A program made the position numbers and the translations under genes. DNA of 64,000 nt. Origin: Planctomycetota bacterium (GTDB lineage: Bacteria > Planctomycetota > SZUA-567 > H5-PLA8). The notes beneath the pieces are model-generated. The model did not search any database. It was not told the origin of the DNA and saw only the letters and a list, made by a program, of their open reading frames with translations. Of the stretch, positions 37,630 to 49,252 are shown one piece after another; within the stretch, counting starts at the first letter, position 1, and each line of letters opens with the position of its first letter. The DNA lies in the NCBI GenBank assembly GCA_045863855.1, contig BTVV01000024.1, positions 1 through 64,000 of the forward strand, in the 5' to 3' direction.

Positions 37630-40600
37630 ATGAATCCCGAAACCCAGATCACCTCTCCGCAACGGCTGCTCGAAACGGTGGCGCGCCACGGCGACATCGG
37701 CATCTGGCACACCCATGTCGATTACCGCAGCATCTCGATCAACCGGGTGCTCGCGCAATGGCTGGAGCTGGATCGCCCCGAAGATATCGTGGGCCGGCCG
37801 GTGGCGGAATTCGTCGCGCCGGAGTTTCTCGAAGCGGCCCAGGCGGAATGGGAAAAGCGCAAGCGCGGGCTGGCTACGCGTTACGAAATGGTGATGCGCG
37901 GGTTGCGCGGCACGCGGCGGAACGTGCTCGTCTCGGGCGCACCCATTATGGGCTCCGACGGCAAGCCCGAGAGCATGCTGGGGCTGCTCACCGATATTAC
38001 GCCGCTGAAGGAAACCGAGCGCGCGCTGCGCCAGAACGACGATCTGCTGCGCCGCATTCTCGAAACCATCCCGTCGGGCATCGTCCACGTCGGCTTGGAC
38101 GGATCGATCCAGAACGCCAACGGCTTCGCGGTGCAGTTTCTCGGGCTGAGTTACGAGGAGATGGCAAAGCGGTACGTGTCCGACTGGAAGAATGTAACCG
38201 TATTCGAAGACGGGCGCGCCTGTTCCATCGAAGAGTTGCCCGTCTCGCGCTGTATCGCGACGGGACGGTCCCAGGGCCCGGAGACCTTGGGCGTGCGGCG
38301 TCCCGACGGCCAGATGCGCTGGGCCATCTTTACCGCCGCGCCGATGCCCGACCCCGATTCGGGCAAGCTGCGCGGCGTCGTCGTCACCTTCGTGGACATC
38401 ACGCAGCGCCGCGAAGCCGAGGATTCGCGGCGCATGCACGCGCAGATCTTCGAACGCATGGCCGAAGGCGTGATCGTCCTCGACGACGGCGGCACCATCG
38501 AGACGGCCAATCCGGCCTTCGAGCAGATCTTCGGATACGAGCGGAACGAGCTGAACGGAAAGCACGTCAGCGTGCTCAGCAACGAGCCGCCCGAAGGAGC
38601 CATGAAGGCGGTGGCCGAAGTCGCCGATGCGATGCACACGCTGGGCTATTGGGAAGGGTACTTCAACGACAAGCGCAAGGACGGCACGCCGTTCGTCTCG
38701 CACGGCCGCGTCAGCCTGTTCCGGCGAGCGAGCAAGACCTACTGGATCAGCGTACAGACCGATGTCACCGAAAAGCAGCGCATCGAGCGCGAGTTGCAGG
38801 AACGCGAGGAACTGTACCGCACGCTCTTCGAGTCCGCTCCGTTGGGGCTGGGCATTTCGGATATGCAGGGCAACCTGCTGGCGTACAACGACGCGATGAT
38901 GGGCTTCGGCGGCTACTCCCGCGAAGACATCGAGAAGATCCGGAACGTCGCCAGCTTGTATTACAATCCGGCCGACCGCGAACGCATCCTGGGCATCGCG
39001 CGCAAGGAAGGGCGGGTGGACCGCGTCAAGGTTGCCTTCCGGCACAAGAACGGGAATCCTTACTGGACGCTGATGAGCCTGCGGCCGGTGAAGCTGCGCG
39101 GGCAGTTGTGCTGGCAGGCGATGGTGGAGGACATCACCGACCGCCTGCGCACCGAAGACGAGCTGCAACGGCGCACGCGCTCGTTAGAGATGCTCAGCGC
39201 CGTGGCCATGGCCGCGAACCAGGCCGACCGGGTCGAAGACGCGGTGCGCACGGTGCTGAGGGAAGTCTGCGAGGCCACGGGCTGGACGCTCGGTCATGCC
39301 TTCCGCGTCGAATCGGGCCCGGGCGGGCCGCGGCTGGCCGACACGGGTATCTGGCACGATACGCATCCCGAGCAACAGGCGGCGTTCCGGTTGGCTTCGC
39401 TGGACTGCGAAAAGTTGTGCGAGAGTCTGCCCGGGCTGGTCTTGAATGCCGCCGCACCGCGGTGGATCTCGCCGTTGGAAGATGCCCCGAACTTTCGGCG
39501 CCGTGCGGCCGCGCGCGCGGCGGGTCTGCGGATGGGTGTGGCTTGTCCGGTGCGCACGGGACAGGAAGTGGTCGCCGTGCTGGAGTTTTTTTCGACCGAC
39601 AAGGCGCCGCCCGAACCCGTGCTACTCGATCTCCTCGCCGTGCTGGGCGTGCAATTGGGCCGCACCATCGAGCGCGTCAGCGCCGCCGAACAGCTTCGCA
39701 GGCAGAAGGAATTTTCCGACGAACTGATCCGTTCCAGCTTCGACGGGATCGTGGCGTACGATTTAGACCTGCGTTACACGGTCTGGAATCCCGGCATGGA
39801 GCGCATCGCGGGCGTCCCAGCCCAAGCGGCCTTGGGGCGCGTCGCGCACGAACTGTTCCCCTTTCTGGAAGCGTCCGGCGAACTGGCCTTCATGCGCGGC
39901 GCGCTCGAGGGGCGCGAGGTCGACGCGTTGGACCGGTCCTACGATGTTCCGCAGGCGAACCGCAAAGGCTACTTCGAAGCCCACTATTCTCCGCTGCGCG
40001 ACGCCGCCGGACGCATCGTCGGAGGACTGGGGACCTTGCGCGAAATCACCGAACGCAAGCGCGCGGAAGACCGCATGCGCGATCTTTCGAAGCGCCTGCT
40101 CGATGCACAGGAGACCGAGCGCCGGCGCGTCGCCCGTGAACTCCACGACGGCGTGAACCAGATTCTTTCCGCCAGCCGAATGAAGATCGAAGCGCTGGCC
40201 CAGGACGTTCCGGACGCAGGCCCCGCGGCGAAGGACCTCCGGCGCGCCAGCGAACTCGTCGACCAGGCCATCGGCGAAATCCGGCGTATTTCCCATAACC
40301 TTGGCCCGGCCGTCCTCGACGATCTGGGACTTGCCGCGGCCGTACGCAGCGCCTGCGACGAATTCCGCAAGCAGTCGGGGTTGGCCCTGAACCTGCGTTG
40401 TTCGCGGCTCCCCGCGCGCATGCACGCTCCGGTGGAACTGGCCGTCTTCCGCATCCTGCAGGAGGCGCTGAACAACGTCGCTCGCCATGCCCAGGCGTCG
40501 CGCGTTACGGTGCGCGTCGCCGCGACCGCCCGGGCGCTGACGCTGCGCGTGGCCGACGACGGGCGCGGCATCGGGAAGTCCAAGGACGGCACGCGCCTGC

Positions 40601-40746
40601 GCACGCGCGGCGGCCTGGGACTGGACAACATGCGCGAAAGAGCGGAACTTGTGGGCGGTAACTTCGAAGTGCACACTCAACCGGGCAAGGGCACCGAACT
40701 GCGCGTCCGAATTCCGATTACAGCCCCGGAGCCACGCCAACCATGA
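37630..40746 (+). CDS. Multi-PAS/GAF sensor histidine kinase (HisKA_3)
   Basis: Five PAS/PAC repeats (DIT/DVT/EIT), GAF, ARELHDGVNQ, QEALNNVARH, DDGRG, GLGL. Confidence 0.93.
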   Translation: MNPETQITSPQRLLETVARHGDIGIWHTHVDYRSISINRVLAQWLELDRPEDIVGRPVAEFVAPEFLEAAQAEWEKRKRGLATRYEMVMRGLRGTRRNVLVSGAPIMGSDGKPESMLGLLTDITPLKETERALRQNDDLLRRILETIPSGIVHVGLDGSIQNANGFAVQFLGLSYEEMAKRYVSDWKNVTVFEDGRACSIEELPVSRCIATGRSQGPETLGVRRPDGQMRWAIFTAAPMPDPDSGKLRGVVVTFVDITQRREAEDSRRMHAQIFERMAEGVIVLDDGGTIETANPAFEQIFGYERNELNGKHVSVLSNEPPEGAMKAVAEVADAMHTLGYWEGYFNDKRKDGTPFVSHGRVSLFRRASKTYWISVQTDVTEKQRIERELQEREELYRTLFESAPLGLGISDMQGNLLAYNDAMMGFGGYSREDIEKIRNVASLYYNPADRERILGIARKEGRVDRVKVAFRHKNGNPYWTLMSLRPVKLRGQLCWQAMVEDITDRLRTEDELQRRTRSLEMLSAVAMAANQADRVEDAVRTVLREVCEATGWTLGHAFRVESGPGGPRLADTGIWHDTHPEQQAAFRLASLDCEKLCESLPGLVLNAAAPRWISPLEDAPNFRRRAAARAAGLRMGVACPVRTGQEVVAVLEFFSTDKAPPEPVLLDLLAVLGVQLGRTIERVSAAEQLRRQKEFSDELIRSSFDGIVAYDLDLRYTVWNPGMERIAGVPAQAALGRVAHELFPFLEASGELAFMRGALEGREVDALDRSYDVPQANRKGYFEAHYSPLRDAAGRIVGGLGTLREITERKRAEDRMRDLSKRLLDAQETERRRVARELHDGVNQILSASRMKIEALAQDVPDAGPAAKDLRRASELVDQAIGEIRRISHNLGPAVLDDLGLAAAVRSACDEFRKQSGLALNLRCSRLPARMHAPVELAVFRILQEALNNVARHAQASRVTVRVAATARALTLRVADDGRGIGKSKDGTRLRTRGGLGLDNMRERAELVGGNFEVHTQPGKGTELRVRIPITAPEPRQP

Positions 40747-41405
40747 CCTCCACGGCGCCCATCCGAATTCTGTTGGCCGACGACCACCCGCTGGTGCGCG
40801 AAGGACTTATCGCCTGCCTGGCCCGCGACGAAGGCATCCGCGTCGTCGGCGAAGCCGCCAGCGGCGAAGCCGCCCTGCGGGAAGCAGAACGGCTGCGCCC
40901 CGACGTGATCTTGCTCGATATCACCATGCCGGGGCTGAACGGCATCCAGGCGACGCGCAAGCTCAAGGAACTCCTCCCCAAGGTGCGCATTCTGCTGCTG
41001 ACCATGCACAACAATAAGGAATACATTCTGGAAGGCCTGCGCGCCGGCGCCGATGGCTACGCGCTGAAAGACGCCGCGCCGCGCGAACTGATCGAGGCCG
41101 TCCGGACCGTGCATCGCGGCGAGCGTTTTTTCAGTTCCAGCGTCCTCGAGATCCTCGCCGAAGCCGGGGTCTCGTCCGAAGAACCGGTCGGCGCTGGCGG
41201 CGCGCTCTCGGCCCGCGAGACCCAGGTGCTGGGCCAGATCGCCGAGGGGCTCAGCAACAAAGAGATCGCCGCGAAGCTGGGCGTCTCGGTGCGCACCATC
41301 GAGAAGCACCGCGAACGGATCATGCGCAAGCTGGACATTCACAGCACGGCCGGACTGACCAAATACGCCATCGCGCACGGCCTGATCGATATGAAGATGC
41401 CCTGA
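40743..41405 (+). CDS. NarL/LuxR family response regulator
   Basis: LADDH, LLDITMP, LK, LSARE.QVL..IAEGLSNKEIA. Confidence 0.95.
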   Translation: MTSTAPIRILLADDHPLVREGLIACLARDEGIRVVGEAASGEAALREAERLRPDVILLDITMPGLNGIQATRKLKELLPKVRILLLTMHNNKEYILEGLRAGADGYALKDAAPRELIEAVRTVHRGERFFSSSVLEILAEAGVSSEEPVGAGGALSARETQVLGQIAEGLSNKEIAAKLGVSVRTIEKHRERIMRKLDIHSTAGLTKYAIAHGLIDMKMP

Positions 41406-41412
41406 TCCGCGG

Positions 41413-42768
41413 CTATCCGCCCGCTTTTCCGTAGGTCTCTTTCAGCCACTTTCGCGCCGGGAAATGCGCCTCGCTGCCCGGCGAGTTGCCGTTGGCGTCG
41501 TTCACTTCCCCCGTCTCCGGCGCGTCGAGCACCGGCGACTTCAGGAGCGGGTCGTTCGTCGCGCGCATCCAGCGCTCCAGCCGCGCCCGGAGATCCTTCA
41601 AAACCTCGGCGCAAGCAGGATCGCCCGCGCGATTGGCCGTCTCGTGCGGATCGAACGCCAGATCGTAGAGCCGCTCTTCGGCGATCGTCTGCTCTCGCCA
41701 GCCCTGCTCCAGCCACCAGGTCTTGCTCTCCGAATCGTCGCAATTGGGCAGCACCGCGCTCGAACGCCGGTCGTAGCGCCGGATGTACTTCCAGCGCTTC
41801 GTTCGCACCGCGCGCTGCGGCTCGTACGCGGCGTGGAAGTTCACTTCGGCGAACAGTTCCTCCCGCAACTCGGTCTTCTCGCCGCGCGCCAGCGGCGCGA
41901 GCGAATGGCCTTGCAGCCACTCGGGCTTCGCCACCCCCGCCGCTTCGCAGACCGTGGGGTAAACATCCAGGTGGCTGACCATCGCGTCGAGCACCTGGCC
42001 GCCGGTGAACCCGGGCCCGCGCAGCATCAGCAGCACTCCCGTCCCGTGGTCGGTCAGATGGCACTTCATGCCGGGGAAGGCGATCCCGTGGTCCGTCGTG
42101 CAGACCACCAGCGTGTTCTCGCGCAGTCCGGCGGCGTCCAGCGCATCGAGAATCTGGCCGTAGTACACATCCAGCAACCGCGCGGAATCGGCGTACAGCG
42201 CCATATCTTCGCGCGTGCGCGCGTTATCGGGAAACGGCGCCGGCGGGCGCAGCCAGCGCGCGTCGCTATGCGCCTCGCCCGGAGGCGGCGGGCCGAAGTG
42301 TTGGCCGCGGCGGTGCGTCTCGATGAAGCCCACGTCCAGGTAGAACGGGCGCGTGTGCTTCTCCCCGATGAACTGTACCGCGCGCTCGGCGTTCGGCAGA
42401 TCCTTCTGCTCCTGCACCAGCAGCCGCTCGTAGCCCTGCTGCGTCACGTCTTTGGTGACGTGATGCACCCCCGCCAGCGCGGTCTGATAGCCGGCCTTGC
42501 GCAGCGTGTGAGCCAGATGCCGCTCGGGATGCTCCAGCGTCCAGCCGCGGTTGACCAGCCCCAGCATCCCGCAGACGTGTGCATACTGCCCGGTCAACAG
42601 CGCCGCGCGGCTGGGCGAGCACGTGGGATTCGCGCAGAACGCCTGCCGGAAGACGACGCCTTCCTCGGCGAAGCGCTGCATGCGCGGCGTCGAAACCCCA
42701 TAACCGTAGGGCTGGATGTAGCGGCCCGTGTCGTGGGAGTGCATGTAAATAATGTTCGGCTGCGGCAT
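41413..42768 (-). CDS. Sulfatase
   Basis: PNII...HD, CSPSRAALLTG formylglycine motif, TTDHG. Confidence 0.93.
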   Translation of the reverse strand: MPQPNIIYMHSHDTGRYIQPYGYGVSTPRMQRFAEEGVVFRQAFCANPTCSPSRAALLTGQYAHVCGMLGLVNRGWTLEHPERHLAHTLRKAGYQTALAGVHHVTKDVTQQGYERLLVQEQKDLPNAERAVQFIGEKHTRPFYLDVGFIETHRRGQHFGPPPPGEAHSDARWLRPPAPFPDNARTREDMALYADSARLLDVYYGQILDALDAAGLRENTLVVCTTDHGIAFPGMKCHLTDHGTGVLLMLRGPGFTGGQVLDAMVSHLDVYPTVCEAAGVAKPEWLQGHSLAPLARGEKTELREELFAEVNFHAAYEPQRAVRTKRWKYIRRYDRRSSAVLPNCDDSESKTWWLEQGWREQTIAEERLYDLAFDPHETANRAGDPACAEVLKDLRARLERWMRATNDPLLKSPVLDAPETGEVNDANGNSPGSEAHFPARKWLKETYGKAGG

Positions 42769-42880
42769 CGCGCGGGGCTCCTCTCAAGTGAAATGCGAGA
42801 AGAGCAGTTTGACCGGAGCTTCTATCGCAGGCAAGCACAAGCTAACGGGTCAGTGGAGTGCTTGCGAACCGGCGCGGCGT

Positions 42881-43963
42881 TCAATCCTCCCCCAATACAT
42901 GGGCCGGAACGCCCTCGGCGAGTCGATCCTTCGGCACCGCCTCGCACCAGCAAAAGCCATAGCTGGGCCCCCAGTCGATGCGCACCAGCTTCCGGTCGTC
43001 GGTGACGTAGAATTTCTCGTCCTCTTCCGGCGGGCGCGTGCCGTAATGGCGCCATGCGAAGCACCAGGCATTCAGGTCCTGGCCGTCCACCCTGACCGTT
43101 TGCCGGCCGGTGCATTCGATGCGTTCGCGGATGCCGGAGCGCCCGTTGCCGTCCGCGGTATGGGCGAAGGTCTTCGCCGCGCCTTCACGCAGAGGCATGA
43201 TCAGCGGCAGCAGCGTGGTCGTGTAGCCGGTGAGCATGCCGCGGGACGGACTCTTGAATTCGACGCGTTGTTCTTCGCAGCTGGGAGAAACGTGCACACC
43301 GCGCCAAAGGCCGTTTGCCCCGAGTTCGACGTCGCCGCGCAGTTTTCGCTGTCCGGGCTTTCCGTCCCAGAATGCCGTTCTGGCGAGGCTCAAGCTCCGG
43401 TCCAGCCGATGCGTACTGCGCGAAAGCGTATAGTACTCCCAAGTCTTGCCCGGTTCGGAATGGCCGCCCAAGCGGAAATCGATTTCGACATCGATCAGTT
43501 CGCCGCGCCGCGCGATCCGGATGCGCTCCCAACCGGCTGCTTCTTCGCCGAAGCTGTTGCGGAGGGCGTGTTCGACGCCGTCGTGCAGCGCGGAGAAATC
43601 CGGCTCCTCTTCGAAATCGGAGACCTGCGTCCAGGCCGGTACGCCGGTCTTTACCGGACAGACGTTCAAACTCCGTGCGCCGGACGGGACCGTTACCTCG
43701 AGGCGGCGGCCGTCCTGCCGCGCAAGGGTCAGGCGGCGAGTCTTGTCGTCCGCGCCCCCTGGCTTCATGGCCTTGTAATAGACGCCCATATCGGTCAACG
43801 CTTGTCCTCCAATATGCGTCACGATGTCTCCGGGGCGCAGGCTGTCCGTCCCTCCGCGTGCATCTTCCCCCAAGCTCAGGACAAACACGCCATCGGCATG
43901 TGGAGTCCCCAGGAGCGATTCAAGATAGTCGTGCGTAACCGAGTCTGATTCCGTTCCAGCCAT
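42881..43963 (-). CDS. Hypothetical protein with N-terminal PDZ-like domain
   Basis: GVFV......LRPGDIVTHIGG....L.L.R.G; beta-rich C-terminus. Confidence 0.6.
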   Translation of the reverse strand: MAGTESDSVTHDYLESLLGTPHADGVFVLSLGEDARGGTDSLRPGDIVTHIGGQALTDMGVYYKAMKPGGADDKTRRLTLARQDGRRLEVTVPSGARSLNVCPVKTGVPAWTQVSDFEEEPDFSALHDGVEHALRNSFGEEAAGWERIRIARRGELIDVEIDFRLGGHSEPGKTWEYYTLSRSTHRLDRSLSLARTAFWDGKPGQRKLRGDVELGANGLWRGVHVSPSCEEQRVEFKSPSRGMLTGYTTTLLPLIMPLREGAAKTFAHTADGNGRSGIRERIECTGRQTVRVDGQDLNAWCFAWRHYGTRPPEEDEKFYVTDDRKLVRIDWGPSYGFCWCEAVPKDRLAEGVPAHVLGED

Positions 43964-44093
43964 GCATTCATTCCTTCCACGCCAGGAGCTGCGCCACCGG
44001 GAAACTCCCGCTTCGGCATGCGTTCTTGCGGCATCCACAGTAAGTACGGTTTTTATACTAGATATATTAGACGGAATCAACTACGCTTTTCCC

Positions 44094-44621
44094 ATGCAAG
44101 TCGGAAATATGCTTCTCACGCTCACTCGACATCGCTGGAACCTCCCACTGGTCGCACACTTGGGCGCGTCCGGCGAAGACTCGTTCAACGATCTCGCCGA
44201 AACCATGCGGATCAGCCGCGATTCGCTCTCCCGTTCGCTGGATGCGCTCAAGGATTCCGGCTTGATCTTACGCAGCGAAAGCGGGCGCGTGGTCTATGCC
44301 CTTACGACCAAAGGCAGGCGCATGGCCCCGCCTTGCACGGAAGTCCTCGACTTGGCGCGTACGCGGGAGATCGAAGAATTGGCCCTGCGCCGCTGGACCT
44401 TACCCATCGCGATCGTGCTGGAGAATTGGTCCTTGCGATTCAACGAGCTGAAGGCGGCGCTGCCGGAAATCACTCCTCGTGCGCTGGCCCTGGCATTGAA
44501 GGATATGGATGCCGCGGGCCTGGTGAGCCGGGAGATCGTGGGCGGATTCCCCCCCGCCGCTTCGTACAAACTGACCGAGGCGGGAGTCCTTTTTCTGCCG
44601 GCTTTGGCGCGCCTGAATTGA
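44094..44621 (+). CDS. Tandem HxlR-type winged-helix regulator
   Basis: Two repeats of RW.LP.....F..L....I....L...L......GL..R....Y.LT..G. Confidence 0.8.
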   Translation: MQVGNMLLTLTRHRWNLPLVAHLGASGEDSFNDLAETMRISRDSLSRSLDALKDSGLILRSESGRVVYALTTKGRRMAPPCTEVLDLARTREIEELALRRWTLPIAIVLENWSLRFNELKAALPEITPRALALALKDMDAAGLVSREIVGGFPPAASYKLTEAGVLFLPALARLN

Positions 44622-44625
44622 CGCT

Positions 44626-45471
44626 TCAGGGTTTCGTTAGACTTTCCCGCGCCGCATTCACCAGCTTCTCCCGCAATCCCGCTTCGGCCTGCGCGAACTC
44701 GGCCGAACGAGCCACGCCGTCCCAATCCCCATGGCGCCCGGCCAAACCATTCAAGCGTGCGGCCAGCGTGCTGTCGGTAAACGTCTCCGCGCTGCGGTGC
44801 AAGTCGTTCAGCACGCGCATCAGCTCCGCGTGCTGCTGCAAGTAGTACTTCTGGTGATAATCCTCGGCGCGGTAGAAGCGCCCGGCGGGCAGCAGTTCGG
44901 TCGTGACCGGTACGCCGCGCTTGCGTTCGATCTCTGCCTTGCTCCGTTCGGCCTGTTCGCGCTCGTCCGGCGTGCGGTAAAAAACCGCCGCTTTGTACTG
45001 GGGATTCCCGCGCCGAGCCACGGGGCTGTGCGAGGTCCAGAAGACTTCCAGCAGCGCCGCGTAGTCGATCACGCGCGGATCGTAATCTACTTCCAGCGTC
45101 TCGGTGTGGTCGCCCAACGCGTAGTACGTGGGATCGGGCTTCGTCCCGCCCGTGTAACCCACCCGCGTCCGCAGCACTCCGGGGAGACTCCCGAACCGGG
45201 AGTCGGGGCCCCAGAATCACCCCATCGCGAACGTGGCCGTGCGGATCTGCGCCGGCAACGCCGGCTCCTGCGCATCCGCGGGCACGCTGTTCTCGATGAT
45301 CAAGGGTTCGGTTCCCGAAGAAGCCGGCATGGCGCACGCGCCTCCGCCCGAGTTCCGCGGCTCCGCGCGCGCGGGTTGCGCTCGCTCCGGGTAGGCAAGC
45401 GCTCCAGCGAGCCACCAGCCCGTCAGCGCCAAGACCGCCGCCACGCCGCCGCCCAGCCATGCTCCGCGCAC
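44626..45471 (-). CDS. msrA: Selenocysteine-containing peptide-methionine (S)-S-oxide reductase
   Basis: TATFAMG-TGA-FWG in frame with RTRVGYTGG, PTY, DHTE, FY.AEDYHQKY; AAGGAGG RBS before GTG 45471; TGA at 45217-45219. Confidence 0.9.
45181..45212 (-). promoter_or_regulatory. Bacterial SECIS-like hairpin
   Basis: On the minus strand, 12 nt after TGA: GACTCCC-GGTTC-GGGAGTC, extendable by GGGG/CCCC pairing. Confidence 0.7.
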
Positions 45472-45640
45472 ACGCGCCTCCTTACGGCTTTCAGCTTACC
45501 CGCACTCCTTTAGGTAAGCGAGCGGCCGGGCTATTCCGTTCGAGTCGTAGCCTGCGGCCTGCAGCCCGGACGCCGTTGACACTTCGTGCGTCAACCGGTA
45601 GCCTGACTGTTTCGAGACCCTCGAGCGGGAAAAGCGGCGC

Positions 45641-46147
45641 ATGCCCCATTTCATCCACGACACCTGCATCGGCTGTACGGCCTGTCTGACCAAGTGCCCC
45701 ACCGAAGCGATCATCGGCGACAAGAAGACCCAGCACGTCATCATTCCCGAACGCTGCATCGATTGCGGCGTCTGCGGGAACGTCTGTCCGGTCACCTGCA
45801 TCACCGATCAATTCGACGGCTTCGTGCCCAAAAAGAAGATGACCGACCGCCCGCGCCCTGTGGTCAACCTCGAGAATTGCACGGGCTGCGAATACTGCGT
45901 CGATTACTGCCCCGAGAACGTGCTCGAGATGCGCCTCGTTGAGGGCCATCACGTCAAGACCAGCCATCTCGTCGGCGAGAAAACCTGCATCGGCTGCGCG
46001 CTCTGCGCCGAAGTCTGCCCGCACGAAGCGATCACCATGATTGACGCGCCGCTGTGCAAGGAACTGATCGAGACCGGCAACCTCACCAAGTACTACGTCG
46101 AAGGCGTACCCGCGTCCGAAACCCCGGCCGACGCCGCGGGCGGCTAA
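45641..46147 (+). CDS. Polyferredoxin with four [4Fe-4S] motifs
   Basis: Four CxxCxxCxxxCP motifs. Confidence 0.92.
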   Translation: MPHFIHDTCIGCTACLTKCPTEAIIGDKKTQHVIIPERCIDCGVCGNVCPVTCITDQFDGFVPKKKMTDRPRPVVNLENCTGCEYCVDYCPENVLEMRLVEGHHVKTSHLVGEKTCIGCALCAEVCPHEAITMIDAPLCKELIETGNLTKYYVEGVPASETPADAAGG

Positions 46148-46255
46148 CGCCCCGTCAATCCGCATTCCGAATTCGGCCGCCCTTCGTATAGAATCCCGTC
46201 CCATTCCGCGCGCGCGTCGCATCAAAAGGGAACCGTTCCCACGCGGAGCCGCGCG

Positions 46256-47287
<1,032 letters not shown>

Positions 47288-47370
47288 CAAAAACGGATCG
47301 CCGAGACAGGCAGACACGAAGAAGGCCCGGGCGAACACTCGACGGTTGATCCGGATGAACGTGACTCTTA

Positions 47371-47535
47371 GAGCCGCTAACAAAACCAGCGTCGAGGCGG
47401 CTGCGCCGCGCCGGCCAAGCGGGACAAAGAAGGCGAAGAAGCCGGATCGGGACGAGCATCCGGCGACGGAGCCTGATGACGTCCCGCGAAGCACCGCCGC
47501 AAGCAGACGACCGATGATGGTTTTGTTAGTGGCTC
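47371..47535. mobile_element. 165-bp MITE with 18-bp terminal inverted repeats and TTA target duplication
   Basis: GAGCCGCTAACAAAACCA (47371-47388) and TGGTTTTGTTAGTGGCTC (47518-47535), 17/18 match, TTA on both flanks. Confidence 0.85.
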
Positions 47536-47663
47536 TTAGACTTGGTGCTCGAAAGCGGCAGCAGTCGGAACGGAGGTCGGTCGACTTCCGGTGAGCCCTG
47601 CTCGCGCGCGCCGAGAAACGAAAGCCCAGCCATTCGCCACCCAACACCCAGCGGCCCGAAACC

Positions 47664-48128
47664 ATGACCAACCCATCCAAGCCCAAGACGGCCCAGTCGC
47701 TCAAGCGCATGGACAACGTCCTGATCGTGGTCGAAGACCTGGAGGCCGTGAAGGTATTCTTCCTCGAACTGGGCCTCACACTGGAAGGCGAAACGACGGT
47801 CGAAGGCCCCATGGTCGGCCAACTGATCGGGCTCGCGGACGTCCGGGCCACCCTCGCCATGCTGCGGACGCCCGACGGGCAGGGCGTCGAACTGGATAAG
47901 TTCCACACCCCCCACGCTGTCCGATTCGGTCCCGTGGACGCACCGGTGAACACGCTGGGCATCCGCCGCCTCATGTTCGCCGTCGATGACCTCGACGCGG
48001 TCGTCGCGCATATGCTCGCCCACGGGGCCAAGCTCATCGGCGAAATGAAGTACGAAGACAGCTATCGCTTGGCCTACCTGCGCGGGCCTGAGGGCATCAT
48101 CGTCGGTCTGGCCGAGCAACTTAAGTAA
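47664..48128 (+). CDS. VOC/glyoxalase family protein
   Basis: RMDNV.IVVEDL...FF.ELG, TPDG..VEL..F, GIRR.MFAVDD, RGPEGIIV.LAE. Confidence 0.9.
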   Translation: MTNPSKPKTAQSLKRMDNVLIVVEDLEAVKVFFLELGLTLEGETTVEGPMVGQLIGLADVRATLAMLRTPDGQGVELDKFHTPHAVRFGPVDAPVNTLGIRRLMFAVDDLDAVVAHMLAHGAKLIGEMKYEDSYRLAYLRGPEGIIVGLAEQLK

Positions 48129-48461
48129 CGCCTTGGAACGGGTGGCGCGGGAGCCGGTGCCACGGAGCAAGCGTGGTTGGCTTGCTCCGTGCCGAACCCA
48201 TCACGCACGCTCAAGCCGCCGCCCACTCATCAGTTGGCAAGGTTATGCCGTGGCATGCCTCGAACGGTCAGCGCGGCAGGGAACAAGTATACGGTGCTGG
48301 CTCCTTGTCGTCCGCCGCGACAGCCATCAATGGTCCGTCCCAGACACCCGCCCAATCGCTGATTCTGTTGAACTAGACAGCCAATCTGAGTATGCAGTAT
48401 TGAATTACATCTTGGGAATTACAATTAAATGTTTTGCGTCTGAATGTGACAGGGGATTGCC

Positions 48462-49061
48462 TTGACAGCACCAAATCGAGCACGTTTACGCCCATGCCGG
48501 GTTCCATGGTTAATCTGTCCGACTATGGGATCTGTAACGCTGAACCATACCGAAACAGACACTCGGCCGGAATGTAAAGTTGTAGTTGGCGCAATGCGAT
48601 TTTTAGTTGATGGCAAAATTGATATGAGTCGAGTCGAAATAACTTTCGAAGGGTGTTGGCATGCACGTACTGCACCCAAGCGGGATGATTATGGGCTTGA
48701 GGCAGAGGGTTTTGACCTTGTGCAGAAAAGTCCACGAGGTGTTGAACGGCTCAAGTGGTATTGGGATCAATGGAGAGCTGATGGCTACTGTCCAATCTCG
48801 GGATTTTGGGTCGCGGTTGAGTCTCGATGGTTGGTAGAGTTCTTACCCGACAAAGCCACTCACTATGTAATACAAGGCCGTAACGGTTTCGTGGAGTTGA
48901 TTGCCAAAACATTCTCTTGGAGAGAGTGGCCGTGGATTTCTGGTCATAGGGATGAACTATTGGAGTTTCGGCCAGTCGTTTCCAGTGGTACCGGGGAGCT
49001 ACCAATCGCGGTCAAACAAGATACGCAAGCTGAACCGCCCCCAGGAGCGAGTGACCGGTAG
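48462..49061 (+). CDS. Hypothetical protein (lower GC)
   Basis: 199-aa ORF with atypical codon usage; start uncertain. Confidence 0.5.
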   Translation: MTAPNRARLRPCRVPWLICPTMGSVTLNHTETDTRPECKVVVGAMRFLVDGKIDMSRVEITFEGCWHARTAPKRDDYGLEAEGFDLVQKSPRGVERLKWYWDQWRADGYCPISGFWVAVESRWLVEFLPDKATHYVIQGRNGFVELIAKTFSWREWPWISGHRDELLEFRPVVSSGTGELPIAVKQDTQAEPPPGASDR

Positions 49062-49252
49062 ATGGATGGCTAATTGTGCCTAATGGTACCAAGCATAAGG
49101 AGGTGCGCATGCGGCACAGAGGCTAAGCGTAAGCCTTGCGCCGTTGAGCACGGGCAGCAAACGGCCGCAGCGCAAGGGCGCCAAGTCCTCGGTAAGATAC
49201 ACATTCAAGTGCGGAGTCAGGCGGCTAGCGCTACCATTCGGGAAGGATTCTT

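Noticed and set aside
45217..45219. msrA nonsense pseudogene
   Set aside because: The stop is TGA exactly at the catalytic Cys codon, with a downstream hairpin and intact flanks, which fits selenocysteine better.
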